DNA of 64,000 nucleotides from Spirochaetota bacterium (lineage in GTDB: Bacteria; Spirochaetota; UBA4802; UBA5550), in contig CAXXHB010000002.1 in assembly GCA_963664815.2 (NCBI GenBank), forward strand, positions 32,001-96,000, read 5' to 3'. Below, one piece after another: positions 39,687 to 49,929 of this stretch. Every line of letters begins with the position of its first letter. Position 1 is the first letter of the stretch. The position numbers and the translations under genes were made by a program. Under the pieces are notes generated by a model. It was not told the origin of the DNA. It saw only the letters and a program-made list of their open reading frames with translations, and did not search any database.

Positions 39687-39757
39687 CTGAGGCGCAAGGA
39701 TTCGAACCTTGGATGCCGAGACCAAAACCCGGAGCCTTACCACTTGGCGACGCCTCA
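39687..39757 (-). tRNA. tRNA-Gln (anticodon TTG), CCA not encoded
   Basis: Minus strand TGAGGCGTCGCCAAGTGGTAAGGC-TCCGGGT-TTTGGT-CTCGG...GGTTCGAATCC-TTGCGCCTCAG folds as a cloverleaf; usual ispE-tRNA-Gln-prs context. Confidence 0.95.
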
Positions 39758-39828
39758 ATAGCTTTAAATATTTTACGCCAATAAAAACTATCGACACATT
39801 TCTCAATATACACTATGAATGTCAATCA

Positions 39829-40779
39829 TTAATTATTAATGACCCGGAATTTAGTAGAATACACTTTATTGCCCTCAAGTTCAAGTCTTTTTTGTACATT
39901 TTCAGCAGAATCTTCATCTTTAAACATGCCAAAAACTGTTGATCCTGATCCAGTCATCATAGCAAAAAATGCACCGTTTTGATACATTTTTTCTTTTATA
40001 AGTCCAACTTGAGGATAAATCCTGAAAATTGATTCTTCAAAATCGTTTTTAAATGATTCTCTCCATTCCGATTTTAATAGTATTCTTTCCCTGATATTTT
40101 TTTTCTTTTCACTGCAATCAACAATTATATCTTGTTCAGATTTATTCAACGATTTATAAGCAAATCCAGTATCTATATGTATTCCATTATTAACCAGAAT
40201 TATATAACTTTCATCGCTGAAATCCATCCGGTCAACACTCTCTCCTCTCCCCTCAACAAAAGCAAATCCCCCTTTAAGAAAAAAAGGGACATCCGATCCT
40301 GTTGAATATGCAGCATTATAAAGATCATACTTCCCCCCTCTGTCAACAATCATAGAAACAATCTTTAATGCAGATGCAGCATTACTGCTCCCTCCACCAA
40401 GTCCTGCTCCGGCCGGAATATTCTTTTTTAAACTGAAAACAAAATGCCCCCCCATTCCTACATCATTCATATACTTCTTCACTGCTATTGTAATCAGATT
40501 TTTCTCTACAGGTATTTCTTTCAGAACAGATGAAGATTCTCCGCCATCATTTATAATTTCAATAATAACTTCTCCAGGCTTTTGGAATAAAGTATATTCC
40601 TCAAGCTTCAGGAGATCATAAAGTTCCAGCTCAGCCATAAGACTGAAGAGATTGTGATAATTGTCGCTTCTCCTGTTTAATACTTCCAGGTGAAGATTGA
40701 TTTTTGCATATGATTTAATAATGTACACCTTTTTAAACAGATATTTATTTAATGTTTTTCCTGACATGAACAACAACAT
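39829..40779 (-). CDS. ispE: 4-(cytidine 5'-diphospho)-2-C-methyl-D-erythritol kinase (start uncertain)
   Basis: AKINLHL, KNIPAGAGLGGGSSNAA, GSDVPFF, NDFE, MTGSGSTVF. Confidence 0.95.
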   Translation of the reverse strand: MLLFMSGKTLNKYLFKKVYIIKSYAKINLHLEVLNRRSDNYHNLFSLMAELELYDLLKLEEYTLFQKPGEVIIEIINDGGESSSVLKEIPVEKNLITIAVKKYMNDVGMGGHFVFSLKKNIPAGAGLGGGSSNAASALKIVSMIVDRGGKYDLYNAAYSTGSDVPFFLKGGFAFVEGRGESVDRMDFSDESYIILVNNGIHIDTGFAYKSLNKSEQDIIVDCSEKKKNIRERILLKSEWRESFKNDFEESIFRIYPQVGLIKEKMYQNGAFFAMMTGSGSTVFGMFKDEDSAENVQKRLELEGNKVYSTKFRVINN

Positions 40780-40788
40780 TTTAATTCT

Positions 40789-40833
40789 TTTAAGGAGATA
40801 TGTAAAAACTGAGTTTTTACATATCTCCTTAAA
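40789..40833. repeat. 45-bp perfect palindrome (22-bp arms, 1-nt centre) between divergent genes
   Basis: TTTAAGGAGATATGTAAAAACT-G-AGTTTTTACATATCTCCTTAAA. Confidence 0.9.
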
Positions 40834-40841
40834 TATTTAAC

Positions 40842-43076
40842 TTGAAATTAAGTAACGGCACAATAATAATATTTATAAAATCAGTAACCCCGGATACAGG
40901 TATAAATTTGAAATCATTACTAATATTTAATTATGTAATTACAGTATTTACATCAATATATTTTATAGTTATTCATTTATTTAAAAAGAAAAAAACCGGT
41001 TTAAATATTTTTTTTATACTTATGATATTCTTTCTTCTTGCAGAGTTTTCATTAATAGCAGCTGTACATATTCATCCGGCTCTGTCAGATGCTTTTTTTA
41101 TTCCGGGACTTATTCTGTTTTTTCCGGCAGCAGCATCTATTACTCTTCTTTCAGTATTCATTCTTTTCCCTGCTGAGACTATATCAAGGTTCACTGTTAT
41201 TATTGGTCTTCTCCTGCTTTGCATTATCTTCAATTTTATTTCAATTTTTTTTACACATTATGCTTTTATAACAATCAGTCAATCTTTTGAAATCAACAGA
41301 AATTTGAAATCCCTGATTCAATCTGGTATAGTGCTTTTTTTAATGATAGCCGCACCAGCTCCTCTTTTTTTAAATACGCGGATCGCTCCTTTCAGAAGAA
41401 TTAAAATCTCTGTTGTTTACTACGTTTCAGGTCTATTTATGTCATATATAATTTTATTATCTATATATTTTGCAGGTATATATTATTACCATATACCTGC
41501 TCTCGGAAATCCTTTTATACCTCTGCCATTAATACTGATGATGATTATTACAAATCACCTGATATATGATATAAAAAAGACAGACTTTTTAAAATTATAT
41601 AAAATCCTTTTCATTTATCTTCTGGCATTTTCAATTTTCTTCATACCTGTATATTTTTTCCTTAAATATTATTCCACATTTTCACAATTAAAATATAACA
41701 GTATTTATATAAAATCCGGTGTGATTTTTATTTATCTTTCAATTTCCTACCGATTAATAAATCCATATATTGAAAAAATCAGATCAAATAAATTTCAAAC
41801 TCTTTTACATGAAATTAACAAAACTCTGATGCCTGTTGATGAAATGAAAAAAATTTCGGATATGGATAATTTCTGGAAATACATAACAAATGACAATTTT
41901 CAAAATCTTAAAACTACTTTAGGTATTCAGTCGGCATATTTTATGCTGATTAACAGGTCAGATAACACATACCAGTTCACCTACGGCTATGGTCCGGAGC
42001 TGAACTTTCAATCAATAGATATAAAAAGCGAAATAGCTGATTTTTTTACATCGCACACCGGTATTTTTGAAATATCTTTTCTCATCGCTGAGAATTCAAT
42101 TAAGTCTGTAAATAAGGAAGTTCTTAAATTTTTTAAAGATTACAGAATTGAATTATCAATGGTCTTTAAAAACATGTCCGAACATATCATAGGTTTTCTG
42201 CTTCTTGGAGAACTTGAGGGTAAAAAATCTTATTCATCAGATCATCTTGCAGCTCTTGAAATTTTCAGAATCAAAATTCAGAATCTTCTTATCACAGATA
42301 TGATAATTGATGAAGTTACGTCCGAGCAGGTTGCCGAGCATGATAAAATTGTTGTATCTACTGTTAAAAACAGGATCATACCTTCAGAACTTGCTTCAAT
42401 TCCCGGTATAAGAATAAGTTCACTGAATATGGACAACTCTTCATATGGCGGAGACTATTTTGATTCGGTAAAAATATCCAGTGATAAAACCATTATATTC
42501 ATAGCTGAAACATCCTACTCCGGGATAGACTCTGCACTGATAGGAATGGAGTTATTCTCCATCCTTCACTCGAGAACTCTCATATTCAACTCACCTGAAA
42601 AAATTCTGAATACAATGAACCAGGTAATCAAAACATCGAGACTGACTAACAGCTTTGCCCGCTGCTCCTGTGTAATTGTTTCATCCGATGGAAATTTTTC
42701 TTACGCAAATGCTTCCCACAATCAACTTCTGATTTTTGACCCTGAAAGCAACAGCTTTACAGAAATAGAAACTGAAAATATCCCGCTTGGGATAGAGATG
42801 GAGCACAGGTACTCTTTCACAACCGGCAGACTCAAGGAACGTGCAATGGGGATCCTGTATTCAGATGGTTTATTTTCTTCATGTAATGATCAGGGAGAGA
42901 CTTTCCCATCTGACCTGTTAAGGGATACAATAATAAAATTTTCACGCGAAACACCATCTGTAATTACCCGTGAACTATATACGACTTATAAATCATTTAT
43001 AGGCACAAAAGAACAGCTCAGTGATGTGACTGTTGTTTTATTTAAAAGGATGCCATTTGAAAATGATCAGCACTGA
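40842..43076 (+). CDS. Multi-TM sensor with GAF-like and SpoIIE/PP2C-family domain (start uncertain)
   Basis: Many TM helices; GFLLLG.....YS..L GAF-like segment; GGDYFD, NASH, PLG and LYSDG PP2C blocks. Confidence 0.8.
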   Translation: MKLSNGTIIIFIKSVTPDTGINLKSLLIFNYVITVFTSIYFIVIHLFKKKKTGLNIFFILMIFFLLAEFSLIAAVHIHPALSDAFFIPGLILFFPAAASITLLSVFILFPAETISRFTVIIGLLLLCIIFNFISIFFTHYAFITISQSFEINRNLKSLIQSGIVLFLMIAAPAPLFLNTRIAPFRRIKISVVYYVSGLFMSYIILLSIYFAGIYYYHIPALGNPFIPLPLILMMIITNHLIYDIKKTDFLKLYKILFIYLLAFSIFFIPVYFFLKYYSTFSQLKYNSIYIKSGVIFIYLSISYRLINPYIEKIRSNKFQTLLHEINKTLMPVDEMKKISDMDNFWKYITNDNFQNLKTTLGIQSAYFMLINRSDNTYQFTYGYGPELNFQSIDIKSEIADFFTSHTGIFEISFLIAENSIKSVNKEVLKFFKDYRIELSMVFKNMSEHIIGFLLLGELEGKKSYSSDHLAALEIFRIKIQNLLITDMIIDEVTSEQVAEHDKIVVSTVKNRIIPSELASIPGIRISSLNMDNSSYGGDYFDSVKISSDKTIIFIAETSYSGIDSALIGMELFSILHSRTLIFNSPEKILNTMNQVIKTSRLTNSFARCSCVIVSSDGNFSYANASHNQLLIFDPESNSFTEIETENIPLGIEMEHRYSFTTGRLKERAMGILYSDGLFSSCNDQGETFPSDLLRDTIIKFSRETPSVITRELYTTYKSFIGTKEQLSDVTVVLFKRMPFENDQH

Positions 43077-44145
43077 CTCTTTTCTGCAGGCTATAAAAAA
43101 GTACAAAAATATCATGATAATAATTTTAGGATCGCCGGATCCTGATGCTCTTGCTTCAGCATATGCTTTAAAAATTATTCTCTCTTCTGAATCAGTAAAT
43201 TCTGATATCATTATCACAAAAAAAATATCCCTTTCACAAAATAAAGCTTTTGTCAGATTTCTTGACATTCCGCTTCTTTATCAAAGAAATCTTAACCCGC
43301 ACAAATATGATGCGTATATTGTTCCCGATTTTCAGTCTAATATTGTAGATGGTATTACTGGCCACATACCGTGTGCAGCTCATATTGATCATCATACAAA
43401 AACTGACAACAAGGTAATATCCGACTTTTCGCTTGTCAAAACAGATGCCGGCTCCACCAGTTCATTGATTGCTCTTATGCTGAAAGATATAGCTCAACAT
43501 ATTGACAAAAAAAATCTTGTATCAGCATCAACAGCCCTGATATTCGGCATACAGACTGATACCGATAAATATGAACATGCAATGCCTGTTGACATTGAAG
43601 CTTTAAATTATCTTTCCGAGTATTCCGATAAAAAAATAATAAACAGGATAAATGGTATTCCTATTTCACCGGTAACAATGAGATATTATAAAAAAGCCTC
43701 CGGCAACCGGCATGTATACAAAGACTGGAGAATTTACGGGATAGGTTATATTGACATCGAACATCGGGATTCTATCGCAATTACCGCCGACCTTCTTTTG
43801 AAAGACCCTGAAAATAAAACTGTTATAGTCTATGCTCTTGTTGAGGATAAAGAGAAGAATGATCTTTTCCTTGATGTTTCATTCAGGTCACGGTCTGATA
43901 ATCTGGACATTAATGGTTTAATTAAAAGCATAACACCAACCGGCGGCGGGAGACAATTTAAGGGCGCTTATCAGATTAAGCTTGATTATTTTAATATATG
44001 TCCCGACAGGGAATTATTATGGAAGACCGTTGAAATAGCTACAATCGAAAAGTTAAAGAAATCCAGAGATGGAATATATATAAAGAAAATTGGCTCCGTA
44101 TCTTCATCCATGTTAAAAAGGGCTGCTTCGTTTTTCAGAAAATAA
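43063..44145 (+). CDS. DHH family phosphoesterase
   Basis: PDPDALAS, HIDHH, GSTSS, GIQTDT, SFRS and GGG motifs. Confidence 0.88.
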   Translation: MISTDSFLQAIKKYKNIMIIILGSPDPDALASAYALKIILSSESVNSDIIITKKISLSQNKAFVRFLDIPLLYQRNLNPHKYDAYIVPDFQSNIVDGITGHIPCAAHIDHHTKTDNKVISDFSLVKTDAGSTSSLIALMLKDIAQHIDKKNLVSASTALIFGIQTDTDKYEHAMPVDIEALNYLSEYSDKKIINRINGIPISPVTMRYYKKASGNRHVYKDWRIYGIGYIDIEHRDSIAITADLLLKDPENKTVIVYALVEDKEKNDLFLDVSFRSRSDNLDINGLIKSITPTGGGRQFKGAYQIKLDYFNICPDRELLWKTVEIATIEKLKKSRDGIYIKKIGSVSSSMLKRAASFFRK

Positions 44146-47100
44146 ACGATATACTCGCTGATATATCATATGACTTTACTTCATTACTTACGCTGTTATC
44201 ATCTCTGTTCCTGTATTTTTCCAGCGCCATCGTCCCTGAAAAACCTCCCTGAATATTTTTATGCAGATCAAGCTTGAGTTTTGATGTCAGCATAAACAGA
44301 TCATACGGTTCCGGTGATACTGACACAAAATAATCATACCTGTTTATTTCCATTCTATACTCTATTGAAAAAATCGGGTTACCGGTCAGCTTATAAAAAT
44401 TTGAAAAGAAATTATAAAGCCATAACACATCCGTTTCATATAAGGTTGAAAACTTATTTCCGTAATCCTGCTCTTTAAACTCCTTATTGCCTTCCATATT
44501 CTCCAGGTAGATATAATCAGAATCCCCTTCAACAAGATCTGTACTGATATAATCATAGTTATTCTTCTTCCTGTAATTAAATTCATACTTAAAACCAAGG
44601 CTGCTTCTGTCCCACTTTAATACAAAACCAAATTGAGGACTTACTACTTTCTCATTGATATTGGAGGTTATAAGCATATTATCCGTGAAGTTTAAACCGA
44701 GGCTAAGTGTTGATGAATGATAAAACAGGTTATCACCATGGTTTTTGAAAAACCCAAAATTAAAAATCTTCATCAGGTCAAATTCAAAATTTATTCCGGA
44801 ATCTGCAATGATTACCTGATTTGGAATTCCATAAATATTGCTTCTTTCACAAACCTGGCTGAGACTCCCTGATACAGAAAAAGTAAATGAATCTAGATCT
44901 ACAGAAAGATCTGTTGTAAATTTATCTGTAAGTTTCAGGGAATTACCATATTCATTAGAACTGCAGATATCTTTAATCCCGTGATAATCATTGAACGTCC
45001 CATAGACTATTTCGCGTCCCCCTGCGGCATTACCTCTGCCTTTGAAATAAATCCCCGGATAATTGCCGATTAAATTATATACCAGTGGGGATATGCCTGA
45101 CAGGACATTTGAGATACCGAATTCTTCATTAAACATATCGGTACCTTCACCTTCATAAGGGACATCTGTTTCTGTAAAATATACTGAACGATTGTAATTA
45201 AACTGGAGATGTTTTATTTTTTTAAACAACTCTGTCCTGTTCAGAATTACCGGAATTTTAATTCCGGTGTTAATACTGGATATGCTGTTTTTTGACCGGT
45301 TATATCCTTCTCCAACAGCATGATCATCTTCGTAGTCTTTAAAGCCATTTTCTTTATAATCAAAATTCATTGAATATTCCGGGATACAGTATTCAATAAA
45401 TTTTAATCCTAACACAACTCCTGCTCCATTATTTCTTTCAAGGAATTTTAAACTGTTACTATGTGTAAAGGGCAGATGATATCCTCCGATTAATGTACCG
45501 CTGACTCCTGTTTTATCATAGCTGTCATACCCTTCAATATCCACGATCTCTTTTGATGATGTATCCATGGCTGGACGGATAAAAAACAGACCGTTTGAAT
45601 AATCCATTTCAACTTTCGTTTTAGATTCCTGCCGTTTTTCCTGTTCTTTCAGCGCAACTGATGCTGAAAGAACTGTATCGTCTGCCAAAACAGAATCTCT
45701 GTTTATTTTATTATGTGTAAAAACCATATCCAGCATCATCTTAAAAGACATCTTTCCATATAGAAAATCCGCTATCTCCTGCTGATAGCTTAGAACAGGT
45801 GTATGGACAACTTTTTCTGTTTCCTGATTATACTTATTTCCGTCAGTTTCCGCTTTTATCAGATTGTCATTCTTATCCATTGTATAAGCAAACGTAATTG
45901 TAGGAATATTTTTGCCTGTTGAGTTGTATGCCGTATTAAAAGTAAACAAATCGCGCCTGGCATCCCCTTTTTTCGTATCAACTACTTCCTCATTCAGGCT
46001 ATCTGTGCTGCTTTTTTCATTGGTATAGCTGAGACTGGCATTCCAGTTGGGAAGTATTCTGGCAGATGTGCTGACCTCATGGTAATTTTCTTTTATGTCA
46101 GATGTGGTTTTATTCACCGAACTGAACTGAGAAGAGTGTCCTTTGAAAATATATTTGATATTCATATCGGACAGAACAGGAACTCCCGATGCAGTTTTAA
46201 AAAGAGGTTTCATGGTTTTAAGTTCAAACTCGTACCAGTGCGCACTTCCTGAAAGCTTTTCCGGTTCTGAGACATAAATTTCATTCAGCCATATGCTTCC
46301 TGTAGTATTTGAACCGTATATCACCGCTTTAATATATTTTATCCTCTTCAGGTCAGGGCTCCCTGTCACCTTGTACTTCTCAATGCTTCCGCCCGAGTTG
46401 TCCGAAAGTTTCAGCATAATCTCTCTCCACAGCAGGGTATAATCCGGCGTATACCTGTACTCAATATAATCGGAGTCCGAAGATCCTAAAATAAACCCTA
46501 TTACATTTGCAGCATTGATGCTTCTTGCATTAAACCATATATTCATGGTTTTATAAAACCTTATATCTATTTCCTTGGAGAATTTTCTCTTTATCGATAC
46601 ATTGCTGTTTGAGGCCGGAATATTGTAATCTATCTGAAGGGCCGTTTCACTTTCACTGTCTATATCGTCTGTACTGCTGCTTCCATATAATGATTCATAT
46701 GTTCCCTTCTGTCTGATTAAAAAAGAATCCGCCCTGTAGTCACTGTCATTAATGGAGTTAACCATTGTAATTTTTATTCTGTCAGAATTATCAATTGCAC
46801 TGCCGTCAAGCTCTGGGTTTTTCCATTTTGAACTTACTACTCTAAGGGAATCTATTGAAACTCTTCCGGTTGTTCCGCTGTTTTTTTTCAGATAAAGTCT
46901 TATACTGTTTGTCTCCTGCAGAGTCAGCACCTGAGCCTGTGTCAGAGTACTCATATAAACTCTTATTTTCTGCCATGCTCCGCCGTTAGGTGTAAGAGTT
47001 GCTGATCCGGTAGTGGAACCAAGCTTGACAGTATATACATTATCTGTAGTATCAAGAACTCCGTTCCCGTTAAGATCCTCGCTGGTCAGAATTCCATCCC

Positions 47101-49855
47101 CCAGCGTTGAATTGCTCAATCCTGCGCCGGAACCCACTTTTGTGGCAGTACCCCCTGTCGGATTAAAAGTAAAACCTCTGTCCTCTGAATAACCGCTTGA
47201 AGGTGTCGAATCAATGTATCCGTTTTTGTTCACATCTTCAGTATCAAGAACACCATCTCCATCTGAATCCTCATTAATAGAACCCAAATCCATATAAAAA
47301 TCCACAGAATCACCCGATCCGGCCTCATACTTTACCCATACTTCAATATACTGAATCCCTGAGAGATCAACTGCCGAATCAGATAATTTCCTTGTTACCG
47401 CAGTTACTACGTTGCCCGTTGAAAAGTTGAAATCAAAAACAAGCGACTTTTGCTGATCCTGGCTTGTTATACTGTCAGCTATATGCCCCATAGCAATATT
47501 AAACGGTCCAGGTTTTACAGAATAGCTTACACTGTAAGGCGTAAAGCCTGTGCCCTTCAGCGTATCCGGCGATTCAGGATTTCTGTAAAGATAGTAATTC
47601 AGCAATCCCCTGTCAGTCTGTGTAGTTGTCAGAGACGGGGGCATTGATGACAAAATCCAGTCTCTCTCCGTAAGCGAGATTGAAACTATCTCATCAGAGG
47701 TCTCCATGTTATCAATAAGCGCCTTCCCGAATGTATTTACATCCCTGTAACTTTTTGCGTATTCAGCGTATGCTGAAAATTCGACCGGGATACTATTCCT
47801 TTTCCTCTTCGCAAAAAGATTATAAAAATCCGCCATTTTATTTTGTGATAATTTTAATGATGCATCACCTTCAAACATAAGTGTCTGTTCACTTTCCTTA
47901 CCTATATCAGGGACAACTTTTGTGCTCCCGTCTTTAGAGAGAACAAGACTCCCCCCGATTCTGAGAATTTTATTTACGTCATAATCCGCACGTAAACCGC
48001 CGATAAATTTTTCTGATGTTGATCCGTAGGGGAGATATTCATATTTAATCTCTATTCTTGTTCCGGAACTTATTACAGGGTTATTGGGATCGGTGAAAGA
48101 TATATAGCCTGAATTATAATCAACGCTATAACGCGATTCGGAAATCGGCTTTTCATTAATCTTTACCATGACGCTTTTTTCGATTATATTACCATGTTTC
48201 AGTCTGAAGCTACGGGCCTCGGCGCTATATTCAGAAAGCATCCTGTACCTTGAATAAAGATATGCATCCGCTTTTTTCATTTCGCTGTATATTTTTGCAG
48301 GTCTGTCGGAGGAAATCAACGCCAGCAGCGATCTGAAAGGTTCACGAGTATAAAATAAAACATTGCCACCCGTCAGCTCCAGTTTGTATCTTCCAAGTTT
48401 CGTTTTTTCATTATCAGTCATAGCCTGATTCTCGTTATAAAAGTTTAAAGAGAAATCGGATGACAGTATCTGTCTTGCACCCAGATAGTAGACTGATCTT
48501 ATCTCATAGACATCAAGATTTACTTTCCCGTCATTGTTCTTATCAGTTTCCCCCGCATCCAGCGTAAGATTTTTTGTTACTGTATCTTCATCTATTGAAT
48601 AACCGTATTTTATAAAAACAAAGATTTTTCCTGTAAAAGAACCGCCCGGATGCTTTGACTCCTCCGGTGAAACTGCACATGGATCAAGCGTGCCTCCGTT
48701 CCGCTTATATACCGCGAAAATCCGTGAATTTTCCGGAATATCCGTCAAAAAATGTATAACGCCTGTTGCATAGTTGATGGAGTAGTCTGTTCCATTGACC
48801 ATCTTTGTGTAGTACCCTCCGTCAAGAGATAGCTGTATGGCATTGTTATTGTTATACTGGTTCTGATCATCTATATAGAGTTCAAATCCGGCAGGAAGGA
48901 TATTTACCGATTGTACAACATATGCTGATGGATCGGATAAAGAGGAGAGATCCGACGTTAAAGTAATAAGAGAGTATGCAGCACTGCCGGAAGGCATGGT
49001 TGTCACTCCATCGTATCTGATGAATGGTTCCAGCTGATAATAAGTTTTCCTTACATATTGATATTCGGCAATCTTGGTACTGCCAGGTGAAGAATTCCCT
49101 CTGAAATACTCTACAGTAGTTTCTCCTCGTGCCACGCTCCCGAATGCCTTTAATGATAAATCCCCTTTCCTTACTGTAAAATCAACTCCAAGGGCCTTCG
49201 CATCTGTACTGTCATAAACAGCGTATTTGGAATGATTAAATTTTACGTCTATCTCTCCTGCGTTAATTTCCCTGATTACCTCATCATCATTAATTGCCCG
49301 ATAATTCATCAGGTAATGATTTTGATCGTCTTGTCTTCTGCTGTCATGATCTATATATACGGTAATTCTGTCTCCTATTGTTCCATCCATATGGAGAAGA
49401 ATCGTCTGTTCAGGCATGAAACCGGAGTTTATCACTTTTGACTTCGGTTCATCTCCGGCATACTGCTTATACTTGCTGTCAGTAAAATATGACTTCCCAT
49501 AATTAAGATTAATTTTTACGGATCCTGTAGTATTGATGTTAACAACATCATCTGAATATACATTTCCCTCTCTAAGCTTCGGCATCCGTTCGTTATATTC
49601 AGGATCGGTTACATATTCAGACCATTCCCCCTTTTTAAAAAATATTTCACCGCTTTCACCGGAAGATTTTTCATCAGAAGGGGGAGAAACAACATCTGCA
49701 GTTTTTTTTTCAACAGCTTCATTATTACCGGAAGAATTATTAAATAATTGTATTAATTTTACCTTGAACCCGGAATTTTCCTGAGCCGCTGCAAAATATA
49801 AAACAGTGGTAGTTAATATAATGGAGGATATATAAATTGTAAATTTTCTAAACAT
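44135..49855 (-). CDS. Giant exported/outer-membrane protein, SprA (T9SS translocon)-like
   Basis: 1906 aa, signal peptide, C-terminal Phe, several Dx(D/N)xDG loops, colinear SprA-like motifs (see findings). Confidence 0.7.
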   Translation of the reverse strand: MFRKFTIYISSIILTTTVLYFAAAQENSGFKVKLIQLFNNSSGNNEAVEKKTADVVSPPSDEKSSGESGEIFFKKGEWSEYVTDPEYNERMPKLREGNVYSDDVVNINTTGSVKINLNYGKSYFTDSKYKQYAGDEPKSKVINSGFMPEQTILLHMDGTIGDRITVYIDHDSRRQDDQNHYLMNYRAINDDEVIREINAGEIDVKFNHSKYAVYDSTDAKALGVDFTVRKGDLSLKAFGSVARGETTVEYFRGNSSPGSTKIAEYQYVRKTYYQLEPFIRYDGVTTMPSGSAAYSLITLTSDLSSLSDPSAYVVQSVNILPAGFELYIDDQNQYNNNNAIQLSLDGGYYTKMVNGTDYSINYATGVIHFLTDIPENSRIFAVYKRNGGTLDPCAVSPEESKHPGGSFTGKIFVFIKYGYSIDEDTVTKNLTLDAGETDKNNDGKVNLDVYEIRSVYYLGARQILSSDFSLNFYNENQAMTDNEKTKLGRYKLELTGGNVLFYTREPFRSLLALISSDRPAKIYSEMKKADAYLYSRYRMLSEYSAEARSFRLKHGNIIEKSVMVKINEKPISESRYSVDYNSGYISFTDPNNPVISSGTRIEIKYEYLPYGSTSEKFIGGLRADYDVNKILRIGGSLVLSKDGSTKVVPDIGKESEQTLMFEGDASLKLSQNKMADFYNLFAKRKRNSIPVEFSAYAEYAKSYRDVNTFGKALIDNMETSDEIVSISLTERDWILSSMPPSLTTTQTDRGLLNYYLYRNPESPDTLKGTGFTPYSVSYSVKPGPFNIAMGHIADSITSQDQQKSLVFDFNFSTGNVVTAVTRKLSDSAVDLSGIQYIEVWVKYEAGSGDSVDFYMDLGSINEDSDGDGVLDTEDVNKNGYIDSTPSSGYSEDRGFTFNPTGGTATKVGSGAGLSNSTLGDGILTSEDLNGNGVLDTTDNVYTVKLGSTTGSATLTPNGGAWQKIRVYMSTLTQAQVLTLQETNSIRLYLKKNSGTTGRVSIDSLRVVSSKWKNPELDGSAIDNSDRIKITMVNSINDSDYRADSFLIRQKGTYESLYGSSSTDDIDSESETALQIDYNIPASNSNVSIKRKFSKEIDIRFYKTMNIWFNARSINAANVIGFILGSSDSDYIEYRYTPDYTLLWREIMLKLSDNSGGSIEKYKVTGSPDLKRIKYIKAVIYGSNTTGSIWLNEIYVSEPEKLSGSAHWYEFELKTMKPLFKTASGVPVLSDMNIKYIFKGHSSQFSSVNKTTSDIKENYHEVSTSARILPNWNASLSYTNEKSSTDSLNEEVVDTKKGDARRDLFTFNTAYNSTGKNIPTITFAYTMDKNDNLIKAETDGNKYNQETEKVVHTPVLSYQQEIADFLYGKMSFKMMLDMVFTHNKINRDSVLADDTVLSASVALKEQEKRQESKTKVEMDYSNGLFFIRPAMDTSSKEIVDIEGYDSYDKTGVSGTLIGGYHLPFTHSNSLKFLERNNGAGVVLGLKFIEYCIPEYSMNFDYKENGFKDYEDDHAVGEGYNRSKNSISSINTGIKIPVILNRTELFKKIKHLQFNYNRSVYFTETDVPYEGEGTDMFNEEFGISNVLSGISPLVYNLIGNYPGIYFKGRGNAAGGREIVYGTFNDYHGIKDICSSNEYGNSLKLTDKFTTDLSVDLDSFTFSVSGSLSQVCERSNIYGIPNQVIIADSGINFEFDLMKIFNFGFFKNHGDNLFYHSSTLSLGLNFTDNMLITSNINEKVVSPQFGFVLKWDRSSLGFKYEFNYRKKNNYDYISTDLVEGDSDYIYLENMEGNKEFKEQDYGNKFSTLYETDVLWLYNFFSNFYKLTGNPIFSIEYRMEINRYDYFVSVSPEPYDLFMLTSKLKLDLHKNIQGGFSGTMALEKYRNRDDNSVSNEVKSYDISASISFIF

Positions 49856-49929
49856 TCAACTGCTGTTCGGTAGTTTTATTATTAAACAGCTGTTTATACC
49901 ATAGTCCTTAAACGAGGGCAATTAAATTA

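Noticed and set aside
39687-39757. tRNA-Gln as an integration site for an island
   Set aside because: It is flanked by the conserved ispE and glmU-prs genes; I saw no integrase and no duplicated tRNA 3' end.
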